64,000 nucleotides of DNA from Schmidtea polychroa (Eukaryota). The stretch lies in NCBI GenBank assembly GCA_044892525.1, contig CM097885.1:20338001-20402000 (forward strand). Direction: 5' to 3'. Shown in pieces: positions 28,501-39,321 of this stretch. The position numbers and the translations under genes were made by a program. Within the stretch, counting starts at the first letter, position 1. Each line of letters begins with the position of its first letter. The notes beneath the pieces are model-generated. The model searched no databases and was not told the DNA's origin. It worked only from the letters and a program-made list of their open reading frames with translations.

Positions 28501-31500
28501 TGCAATATTTAAATGTGAATTTCAGTTTGACTTTACTTTTTACAAGGGGACAGGCAATCCTAGGGAATTTTACCTCAAACTAATTTATCCTAAATCTTGC
28601 GCACCACGAAACAATTGAAATTAGCAATGTTATTTGTAATACTTTTTTTTTTTTCTCTTTTTCACTTTCAAGTTCGGGAATTTTGTTTTCCAACTGAAAT
28701 TGGTCAATAAAATCTAAAAAATGAACTTTTTTCAATTTTCACCACTGATTTTTATTCAATTGATATTGATTTTATTAAAAAACTTAATATTATTGGCAGA
28801 CCAATAAAATTGAAATCTGAACCAAATAAATGAAATATGCACCAAATTTAATTAATTGTTTTTAACTGATAAATGCACCAAATTTAATTTATTTTAAAAA
28901 TTTAAAAATTTAAATTTAAAACAAATATTTTAGTTGAAAATGAAGCAAAAAATTGGTTGTGTGTATGAGTTTTGAGTACGACCAGTCAGTATGTTACCTG
29001 TACCCCTAGGGGGTCCAAATACTTTGTCGGATAAACTCATAATATATGTAAATGTCAATATGACTATAATTTAAATTAATTTGGTTCATTATGTATTTAT
29101 TTAATTGGTGCAAAATCAATTAATTCGGTGCGTCATTAAATGGTAGCCTTTAATAAATACTATATATTTGTATTATAAGAACTTTTTTTTCAAATTTCAC
29201 CACTGATTTATTTTCCATTGTAGTAGTTATGATATTGCATCAAAGGTCAAAAACGAAATGGGCAATCAATTTATTTGTATATTCAGTTATCTTATAAAAT
29301 TAGTTAGTGATTACGCAAACTCTCCTATTTAAAGAGTTCTACAATTATATAATAATAAATTTTAAGTAAGACTCAATTGTGCTAATTTTTGAATTTTTAT
29401 ATTTTTTACAGAAATATTGAATTTCACTATTTTTTGAACTTTTGATTAATTTTTTTGCACCTAATTAGTCTTTCATTTTACCAAATTTTTAATTGATTTT
29501 TTCTTTCAACATTTTGTGAATTTAAATGACATCTGCACTTATTTGCATATTATACATTTTTATTAATCGAATAATTTTGTAACATTTTCAGTTTTTATGT
29601 TTTTCAAATTTTAAATCTCCTACCCCACAATTGTCATTATATTTTTCAAATTTTGTATTCTCTTAGCTACAAGACATTTCTTTTGAAACGCATGACAAGA
29701 TGTACTATTAAAAAAATAATCCAAAATTCTTTTTTTCATTTTTCCAAAAGTTACAATTATTGGACTTTTAACATATTTCTAGACAAAATATAAAATAAAA
29801 TCAATAAAAATTTTTCAGTCTGTTAGTAAAAAACCGACTGGATAACCAAAACACGAAAAACAAATGTTGGATATTTCAAACAAAAAATTATGTGTATCAA
29901 TTTTCCAGAAATAAACAGTTTCTGTTAGCATTGTAATTTAAAACTAAATCGAAATTCCCGGTTGCCCATTATTTGCAAAGTATTTTCACAAAATTTCGAA
30001 AATATTTTGTTTTAATAAATATTACACTAGCGATTTTGGTATTGGAAATCCTCAGAAAGGGGATATTTATCTGTCCTAATAGCCTATAATGTACGTATGA
30101 TAATGCTTACTGGTATTCAACAGCTTGTTTTTGACATCAAATTTTTTTTGTAGGAGTGTTCATTGAATTACTATTGGTAATACATTGTTATTTGTTAGAA
30201 TAATATTTCCCTACTTATTGTTTTACACAACCAATTTTTATCATTACATTTATTTTTTGTTAAATTTCTTCTGAATTTGTAATTTTTTCCAATGTCGGTT
30301 TTATTACAACGAAAAAAACCAATGAAAACACCGAAAAAATCTGGGTAATTAATTGAATGAATTAAATTAATTAATTAATAAAATTTCCCTTATTGTTATT
30401 GATTATTAGAAAAATTCAACCGAAAACAATCTTTGCAAAATATTTCCCCGTAACTTACTCACATGAATGGAATTTAAATATAAACAACGTTGCATTTGTT
30501 ATCGGATTTTGTGAATTTTATTTGACTTTTTTAACACATTTTGTTAATGATTTCATTATTTTAGCGGTGAAAGACAGACGGATTTGGTGTAATTCTCAAC
30601 TTCTAGAAATCGAAGTATTATTTTCTATATTAAATTATTTTTTTTTGATTTATTAAATTTCTAATTATACTTGTTTCTGATCTTTATAATAAATATTTTA
30701 ACTACTCACTATAGAGAGTTGATTGAAATTTATAATAAATATTTGATTTATTTAATCATGAATAGAAATATGAATAAAAGTGGGTTACTAAAAATAAAAA
30801 AAAAGTACTTTAAAATTACTCAACACATTATTTCAACAAAATGAAGTTAATTTTTGGCCATTCCCACTATCTAAACCATAGCAATATTTATTAAAAAGCT
30901 TGACCTTGAATCAGTACAGATATCGATGTTTTTTTTGATATTCACGAATTTTCGGAACTGCTTTTTTCAATTGATTTTGATATTGGTACTATTAGCAATA
31001 TTATTCATATTTGGTACTGCAGTTGTAGTTCTAGATTATAAAGTTATACTCTTACCGTGTGAAGAGTTTTCATAAAATGTTTCGATGTCAAATTATGACC
31101 CTTTCAGTATAGAAAAAAGTCATTGTTGTGCCCGTGGATATGAATAAAATCTCTGCTAAATTGCGAAATAAATTTCCACAAGCTTGATTTTAAACTGTAG
31201 TTACTAGATAATAGGACTTTTAATAAAAATCCGTTATCTAGAAAGCTCAATATTGTGTTTTCATCAAAATAAATATTTCGTTATCTCCAGTTTCTGAAAT
31301 CCAAATTTTGTGAATATTGATGATTGGCATGAAATCCATTAGAAAAGTAGGTAACAAGATTGTAAGTTACAATGTATTACCAATGTATTATTACAATTTG
31401 TAACTTGAATTTGTTTATGCTATTTGATTTGGAAAATTTGAATTTAATATGATTTGAATTTCATAATCTTCGCCAAACTGATAATTTGCTGATACTAAAG

Positions 31501-32706
31501 ATTTATTTTTTGATATTTGAAATGAACAAAACGTGAATACGTAAAAATATCTTTTATTAATTAAACATATTATAACATTTAAACAAAGTTGTATTTTTCA
31601 TTAATAACCACGCATAAATAAAAATCATTAGATTTTTTTAATTTAATTTTGAAAATTGTTTAAAATCACGATTTCTGCGGTAATTTCCATTGCTGCAATT
31701 TTTAAGAAAACCAGAGGAGTTCGAAAATACAATATCAAGGAAAATTACAAAGAAAAAAACGGTCCGTTGTTTTACAGAGAAACAAAAATAATAGTTATAT
31801 TTTTATTTCTGGCCTGTTTAAACTAGCAAATCATTCGAATGTGTCCCATATTGAATATACCCAATTTCCGTAGTAGAAATATTATTTACTAAGGATTATT
31901 GTAAATATTGGTTCACATCCTTGGTAAATTTTCTTTTTTTTATTCGCACAACTTTGCAATGTTGATTCAACAGGTTAATTATATTTACAAGTGTTTGGTG
32001 TTCGCTATTATTTTTTCAGAAAGTAGAGTATTGGTTTCTTTCACTGAAATCTGCGAAAAGACTTTTTAAAAAAGATTTTTTTGTTTTAATTTGCTGTCTA
32101 TTTCCTTTCAGTGCTTCTAAGAATAGTTTTCTATGAAATTCATTGTAAACAATTGAAATAATTTTTGTAAATTAATAATAAAATCTTTGCTGATGTACAA
32201 CAATAAAATAATTCACTTTTATTATGTCCCACTGTCATCTTTAGAAAACACTTTTAAAAGTTTAAATTATCTAAATTAAATAAACAAAAAGTTAATTCTG
32301 TAAATTTGACATAATTAAATTTTCTAGTGCTTTAAAATGAAATGAAGTAAGATTTATTTATCAAAGAAAGGTAAATACCTTTTTCTGTTATTGGCCTTTA
32401 GGCAACGAATATATAAAGTGAGCAAAAAACTTATGGAAACATGAGAAAGAAATTTGTTTTTTTAACCATTTTGTTCTACTAATGCTTAGAATTCTCTCCT
32501 TTTATATAATATTTTGTTGCTATTGCTATTTTGTAAACATACTAAATTTTGAATAAACAAAGTTTGGAAACATTTTACATTTCTATGATTTTGTTTAAAT
32601 GCATCAATTATACACTTGTTTCTGGAATTTTCTACGACTGTATGAAAACAGAATTTATCATTTCATTTCCATTCTAAACGAAGTTTCTTTACAACTCAGC
32701 AGACTC

Positions 32707-33219
32707 ATGCCTACAAGAAAGTATTTATCAGGCAATATTCGAGAACGAATGGTGGACCTTTATATTAATAGTGGAAGGAAGAAAATTGACATTGCGAAGA
32801 CGTTTTCAGTGCAGCGCAGTACTGTGACTAAAGTGATCAAAAATACCAAAAAATACCGAAACCCATTTATAACCGCCAAAGCCATCCAAAACAACTTGAG
32901 CCTCCACCACATGAGCAAGCAAATTATTCAAAACAGACTGATGGGCGTTGGACTTCATGTACGCAACCGTGCTAAAATGGTATATGTATATGCTAAGAAT
33001 CGCCGGGAAAGAATCGCCTTTGCCAAAAAGCACATTAGCTGGACTACACAGCAATGGTCTTCTGTACTCTGGTCTGATGAATCAAAGTTCAAAATTTTTG
33101 GTTCCGATGATCGATGTAAGGTTTGGCGCCCAAATCGAGAAAAGTACAATCCTCTCTACCAAAAACCAATTGTCAATCACGGACATGTTTGTAAGATTAT
33201 AGATCAAATTCATGTATAA
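32707..33219 (+). pseudogene. Truncated Tc1/mariner transposase, duplicate copy
   Basis: Same ORF at +20079. Confidence 0.9.
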
Positions 33220-35325
33220 GGTACACTATATTTCGGTACAGCATTTATCTAAACTAAAATATAAAATATTTGATTAAAGCCGTGCCGAAATATCGTGTAT
33301 CTTATTTATTTTCTTGATCTATAACATTACAAACATTAATATGAAAATAAATAAAACATCAAAAAAGGAAACAGAGTTAAAGGTGACCAAAGAATTAATG
33401 ATTCGTGTTTCCTACTACGAATTTATTCTAAATATATTTGAATTCATTAATCTTTACCCACTTGATAAGGTAAGAATACGTCTCTCAAGCTCAGGAATCA
33501 ACTAGCATGATTAGTGGCTTTAACCCAATGTGTTCAGAGGGATTTTCTCCGAAATTATAAGGCACAGATCAAAAGTATTACCATCATTAATTAGAACTTA
33601 TAATAACAAACATTTTGAGATTTAAAACTAATTTTTATCATATTCTGATCGTTACATAGAGTTACAATTTTAAAAATAGGCCTTTTTCAAAGTGAAATAA
33701 AACATTGAAGTTGAAGGAAAAAATTCATAAAACATATTTGTTTTGATAGAACATCTATCGATCATATATGGGTAGAAAAACTTCATAGAAAATCTAAGTA
33801 GAACCTGAGTATTTTTCAAAATAGTAAAACCTACTTTTGAAAAATTTAGAATTTTTTTATAAATTTGAATAATTTAGAAATCTCTGAACCAAATTTGCAA
33901 ACGTCCTCGGAATTTCATTTTAACAATGCTGAAAAAATACAACATTTAGCCTTTAGAACTTTTCTAGAAAATTTTAGAATGTTCTAGAAGAAAATATAAA
34001 TAGCCATCAATAAATCATTTTATAAATGTGAACAATGTGATGTTGGCTTGTGCATTACAACTTGTTTCAAATATTATCACACAAATCTTACTTACTAATA
34101 TTATATCAATCTTATTCAACCATAATATTAAACTATTTTAGAATTTTTTCAAAAAAAAAGAATTTTTCAAATTTTTTAAATGTTTAAAATAATTATCATG
34201 AAGTAATTTTCCAAAAAAATTTACATTGGTTCAAAACAATTCGGGACTCAAAGATTTAATGATTTATTTAATTAATTTGTAATGTATTAATAACATTGAT
34301 TAGAGATCTTCCATCGGTGTAAAAACATATTATATTCGTACTTATCCTTTCATTTATCACCTGACTATAAATAGAATTTCAGTCATTAATCAACCGGGAA
34401 TGTCACCAAACCTCCAGTAAACCATAACCAGTCTTTCATTTATATGTTTCTACGATAACAGTTCCATCAATAAATATATTTTTTTATATTTCCTATAAGA
34501 TTAATTTTTTTTAAAAGAATATCATAAAAATACGTTAATATGTATTCTAGAAACATTTTGAATTTAGATTATTTGTTAACTTTTTAAGGAGAAATCTCAA
34601 AACGGAATGGATGAGTATCATTTCAAAATACTAAACGATCATCAAGCTGTGATTTCTGTCAATGGATCTAGCAATCAAGAAACTTCAGTTGATAAAGAAA
34701 TGGTTAACAATATGCCGAAGACAGTCCGATTGAGATTCGCTTCATTATGTTTAGAGAAGATACAAAACTGTCAACTCACGGTTGATAATAAATTTATTCC
34801 GTTAAATTCAAGCAATAAATCAGGAAAATCTTGAAATTCCGGAATTAATGGGAATAATAATATTCATTTGACTCTCATTTCATTTTTATGAATTTTTTAT
34901 CAAAACTGACTTTTTCAGTGTATTTACTAAGATTTTATTATATTATTAGTAATATTATTAGTAATTAAAAAAATATATAATAGTTTATTATATTATTAAT
35001 AAATGTAAACATTTACTTTTTTATTTCTATTAATTCACATAATTATTTTCATTATTCTATCTAATGAGAGGGGTAAAAATCGTTTTAATTTTAAATTGTA
35101 TAATTAAATCCAGTTTCCTTTAGGCCAGTGGTGCCCAAACTTTTTATCAAGTGGGCAACTATTTAAATGAAAAAGTCTTTGCGGGCACATTTTTGAAAAA
35201 TTAGTTAATAGAAAAATGATCTTATAACAATCTTTTTATTAGGAAACATGCATTTGTATTAAAAATTTAAAATAATAAAAATAATAATGTGAAACAAAAC
35301 AAACAAATTTATTTATAACATCATT

Positions 35326-36237
35326 TTAATGCGGCTTTTGAATTTGAGTCTGGCTAACAAGTTGATCAATATCAGGATTGATTTTTGAATTTGATAATAG
35401 AATGAGGTTTTCCAAGTGAGCATCAGTGAGTGAACATCTGAATTTGCTTTTTATGTAGTTCATTGAAGAAAATGTCTTCTCACAAATGTAAGTTGATCCA
35501 AATTTGACCACAAACCGGAGTGCCATGTTGTTAAGTTCAGGATAGTCATTTTTTGGAACAAGCTTCCAGAATGCTTTTAAGTCGGGTGAAATAGGTGATT
35601 CACAAAGCTCTTGAAACTTTCTCTTTAATCCTGTGTGGTTTTGAATGTCAGTAATTTCCATCTGTATTTTTGGAGAATACTTGCTGATTTCACTTTCTGA
35701 TATAGAGAATGGATTAATGAACAATAAAATGTTATCCTTCTCTGCCTCAAAGTCAGAAAATCGAGAAGAAAATGAATGAGACAAATTCATAATGGCAAGT
35801 TTGTATTTTTCATAGTCCAAGTTGACAGTGATTGAACTTTCAAGTTGAAATTTCTGAAGCGTGGGGAAAAGATCCAGATTTCCTTGAGAAAGACTGTTAT
35901 AAAACAGTTTTAATTTTGCCTTAAATGCATTGATTTGATTGAATAGTGTTGGGAACAAACTATTTTCACCTTGCAATCCTGTGTTCAAGATGTTCAGGTA
36001 ATTTATGACATCAACAAGAAAAGCCAATTCACTCAACCAGGAATTGTTTTTCAAAAGATCACACTCGGTAGGCAACTCTTTTTTTTCTTCCAAAAATTGC
36101 AGTACTTGGGTCCTTAACTGGAAAAATCTTGACAGCATTTTTCCCTTTGACAACCAGCGAACAGAGCAATGGAGCAAAGGTTCACCACAATCATCGGTTT
36201 CCTCTTCAAACAGGGATCGGAACTCTCTTCTATTTAG
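35326..36237 (-). pseudogene. hAT transposase, 3' half
   Basis: VRWLSKGKMLSRF, LAFLVD, FGSTYICEKTFS. The tracked ORF start lies in the viral TIR and is artefactual. Confidence 0.93.
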
Positions 36238-36570
36238 AGTAGTGAGGAATCTATGCACCCCAGCACCCCCACCCTAAAAAAAAACAGCGCTATTGACCCA
36301 TATTTTCCACATTTATATGCTTTTTTACCCCATATTCTTCACTTTTTTTAACTTTTAAACTTTGTCCCCTATTGCCATTAACCCTTAATTTCTTCCCTTA
36401 AAAGTAAAAAAGTTCGGAATAGATGTATTCATAGATTAGTAATTCCGAGAAAAGGTAACGGGGTGCATAGATTCCTCACTACTTGGTCTTAAGGATTTAA
36501 TGTTATAAGGATTTAATGTTATAAGAATATCAGATTACCTAATTCATAATGATCTAGGTCGCCTGATCAC
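36238..36570 (+). repeat. Polinton left TIR (333 bp)
   Basis: Reverse complement of 51090-51423; three differences noticed. Confidence 0.97.
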
Positions 36571-36616
36571 CTTAAGGTTTTGAAAGTTTTAAAAATAAAA
36601 AATTTTATGAAATAGT

Positions 36617-36678
36617 AAAACTGCTCTGAGAGGACAGTGGTTTTTTTTTTTTTTTTTCACTGTCCTCTCAACAGTTTT
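36617..36678. other. Hairpin with a poly-T loop next to the left TIR
   Basis: tgagaggacagtg (36627-39) / cactgtcctctca (36658-70) perfect 13-bp stem, extended by aaaactg/cagtttt. Confidence 0.8.
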
Positions 36679-37150
36679 TTTTTGATCCGGATCATTTTTT
36701 TTTATTCAACCTCTTTCGTTTATCAAATCTCTTCCAATATACAAGCTGGCCAGACTCATACATCAGAATCAATCCGATAATAGCAGCACGCCTTATTATT
36801 CGCTTCTCGCTCGAATACGATTTCATCGGCGTTTTAAGTGTGCTGCTCGAAAGTACAAATGAATTCGAAAGCGAATCCGAAAGAGGTCCGAAAACAACTG
36901 AGAAATAAATGTGCACATTACCGGAATCGATCCGGGGGTGTTCGAAAGACAGGTGGCGATAATTACCGGTTCGCCACCATCACACGTTTCAATATTTTTT
37001 TTTTCATATTTATGTTTAAAAAATAATTAATTAATAAAAAAATAAAATAAAATAAAATAAATAAAATAAAATATACAAGTACTTTATAAATATAAGATAC
37101 CCACACTATTTTCAATATTATTTTCAAATTTTTAATATTATTTTATGTTG

Positions 37151-37234
37151 AAAAAAAACTAACCTCAGATGTGATTTGAACCACTATCCATTTGAACCAC
37201 TGTGCCAGTCTATTCCCACTGCGCCATCAAGGTT
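37151..37234 (-). ncRNA. Candidate Pol III tRNA-like small RNA, unit 1
   Basis: A box TGGCGCAGTGG (37226-37216), two GGTTCAAAT B-box cores, T8 terminator, 5'/3' complementary ends (AACCTTGAT…ATCTGAGGTT). Confidence 0.55.
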
Positions 37235-37480
37235 TGAATTTTTGTCATTTTTTCGACTATAAATAATCGATTCAAGTTCTTTAACTCTTTCCTGTAATTG
37301 TTTCATTTTCTTCAATCTTATATCAGCAACATCTACAGCCTTCATATAAAAATGTCGATACTTTTCATTATCTACCATCAACTCTTTGATGTATTCTAAT
37401 GGTTCTTCTTCTCTTCTTTTCATTCTCTTATGTTTAACTTCATTCAATTCATTTCTCATTCTTTTTTTTAACTCATCCAT
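37184..37480 (-). CDS. Small charged coiled-coil viral protein, function unknown
   Basis: 98-aa ORF with tataaaaATG context like the other viral genes. Confidence 0.6.
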   Translation of the reverse strand: MDELKKRMRNELNEVKHKRMKRREEEPLEYIKELMVDNEKYRHFYMKAVDVADIRLKKMKQLQERVKELESIIYSRKNDKNSNLDGAVGIDWHSGSNG

Positions 37481-37637
37481 TTTTATAAATATTTTTTTTA
37501 TTGGATATATTAATTTTTGGTAGTTAAAACGTTTTTGATCTTAAATTTCCAAGAGTTGCCGTTGACCAATCTCCTTAAAAATTTGTACAAGTACTAAATC
37601 GAGTATGCTGATCAATATTTCGTTAAAAAAAAATTTG

Positions 37638-37718
37638 AAAAAAAATGACCGAAATGGGATTTGAACCCATTGGTATTGGCAATGCAGTCGAGTGCTATTA
37701 CCACTAAGCTATACTCAA
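37638..37718 (-). ncRNA. Candidate Pol III small RNA derived from tRNA-Cys(GCA), unit 2; not a canonical tRNA
   Basis: GAGTATAGCTTAGTGGTAATAGCACTCGACTGCA resembles the tRNA-Cys 5' half; perfect T-arm ATGGG-TTCAAAT-CCCAT; T8 terminator. Acceptor and anticodon stems do not pair. Confidence 0.65.
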
Positions 37719-37870
37719 TATAAAATAAGTTGTTAATGTGTGACTATTTATTGATGAAATTAATAATTAATTATTCATTTTCTCGACAACTACCACTCAG
37801 ATCCATCTGAAAATTTAAATATATACTAAAATCAGTACGCTGAATCAGATTCCGTTGAAAAAAAATATCG

Positions 37871-37943
37871 AAAAAAATTGACCAAAATCGAAAATTGAAC
37901 CCGGTGATAAAATTGAAGCCTATTCCCACTCCGCTATAATGGC
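37871..37943 (-). ncRNA. Candidate Pol III tRNA-like small RNA, unit 3
   Basis: A box TAGCGGAGTGG (37936-37926), imperfect B box GGTTCAATTTT, T7 terminator; flank is homologous to that of unit 2. Confidence 0.5.
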
Positions 37944-37999
37944 TTACAAAATATATTTAATTAATCCTATTTTGTGTGTGTAAATTTTAATATATAAAA

Positions 38000-39292
38000 A
38001 TGAATAACATAAATCTTAAAATTCAAGAAAAAAATAAATTAAATCTTGATTATAATAAAGAATTTACTCATGAAATTAAAAAAAATGATATTTTAAAAAT
38101 CTCTCCAACTTCAGGATCTATTGCAAACTTAAATCGTAGGGGTGATATAGTTTTTCAATCTCTTCAAACATCAAACCCAATAGATATTTGTAATGCCAAA
38201 TTATATTACAAAGTAGAATTAGAAATTGAAGCAAACAAAGATATAACCCTAGAAAATAATTTCTTTCCAAATTTATTCTCCAACATGAGATTAAAACTAG
38301 GATCATCAGAAATTGAAACTGTTTTGCATCCGGGAGTATATTCTACAATGTTAAATTTTATTTTGACTGGTTGTGATTATAAAAACGAATATGGTGAATT
38401 AACAGGTTGGATTCCTGATGTTAATAAAGGGGATTTAGATAAAGATGGTTTAGATGTAAACCATGGTTACCATAAAAGAGCTGAACTTTATAAATCTAAA
38501 AAATTTGAAGGTTATTTTGAATTAAAACACTTGTTTGGATTCCTTCAAAACTATAATCGTATACTTCATAATGTTTTTATAGAATTCATCTGTAATAGAG
38601 TAGAAGGTGATAAAAGATTGTTCTATGGAGCTGTAGATACAAAAGCTAAATTAAAATTATCAACACTTGAATTACATATACCTGAATGGACATTAAACCC
38701 ACATTCTGTGATTAAACTCCTTGAAAGATTAAATTCCAACAAGTCTATAAATGTAAATTATTTAAATAGAATCTGTAGTGAATTTAGTATGACAGAGGGT
38801 TCAACATATTCTATAAAGGTAGCAAATTTAGCATACCGACCAAGATATATCTTGATTGGATTCAAAGAAACAGATTCATCTTTCCAAAAAAATAACAATC
38901 TATTTATTCAAAAGATTGGAGATGATAATTTAAAAACAATACAAATTCAATTAAATAGTTCTTATTATCCAATAAATAGAATGGAATTTAATATTGAAAA
39001 TAATGAAAACATATTCCCATATCTAAATTATATTGAAACATGTTATGATTTCAAAGTTGAACCGCAATTAAGTTTAGAAGATTTCAAAAATTTATATTCT
39101 ATATTTTGTATAAATGTATCAGACCAAGATGATCGATTAGCCATAAATAATGTTGATGTTACACTTCATGTAACAAAGGATTCTAATTTTAAAGCTAAAG
39201 TATATACATTAATATTAGAAGAAAAGAAAATAGAAATGAAATTATATGGTGGAAAGATTTCAATAATCGAAAATGTTAGGGGAGATTCTTAA
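38000..39292 (+). CDS. Major capsid protein (double jelly-roll, hexon-like)
   Basis: 430 aa; LENNFFPNLFSNMRLKLG..EIE, PRYILIGF, IQLNSSYYP and IFCINVS resemble Polinton MCP motifs. Confidence 0.88.
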   Translation: MNNINLKIQEKNKLNLDYNKEFTHEIKKNDILKISPTSGSIANLNRRGDIVFQSLQTSNPIDICNAKLYYKVELEIEANKDITLENNFFPNLFSNMRLKLGSSEIETVLHPGVYSTMLNFILTGCDYKNEYGELTGWIPDVNKGDLDKDGLDVNHGYHKRAELYKSKKFEGYFELKHLFGFLQNYNRILHNVFIEFICNRVEGDKRLFYGAVDTKAKLKLSTLELHIPEWTLNPHSVIKLLERLNSNKSINVNYLNRICSEFSMTEGSTYSIKVANLAYRPRYILIGFKETDSSFQKNNNLFIQKIGDDNLKTIQIQLNSSYYPINRMEFNIENNENIFPYLNYIETCYDFKVEPQLSLEDFKNLYSIFCINVSDQDDRLAINNVDVTLHVTKDSNFKAKVYTLILEEKKIEMKLYGGKISIIENVRGDS

Positions 39293-39321
39293 TATAATCC
39301 CTGATATTTTAACATTTTAAA

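Larger units (their letters stand above)
15641..35719 (+). repeat. Copy B: one inferred full 20,079-bp unit, from the ROCK 3' exons to the hAT 3' end
   Basis: 20080-35719 matches 1-15640. 15641-20079 fills exactly one period and starts mid-exon, so its twin is inferred to lie upstream of the window. Confidence 0.85.

Noticed and set aside
36005..37026. Short ORFs at 36005, 36692 and 36838
   Set aside because: Antisense to the transposase or lying in the non-coding viral end; no recognisable motifs.
37638..37718. Functional tRNA-Cys gene
   Set aside because: Acceptor stem pairs at only about 2 of 7 positions and the anticodon stem does not close.
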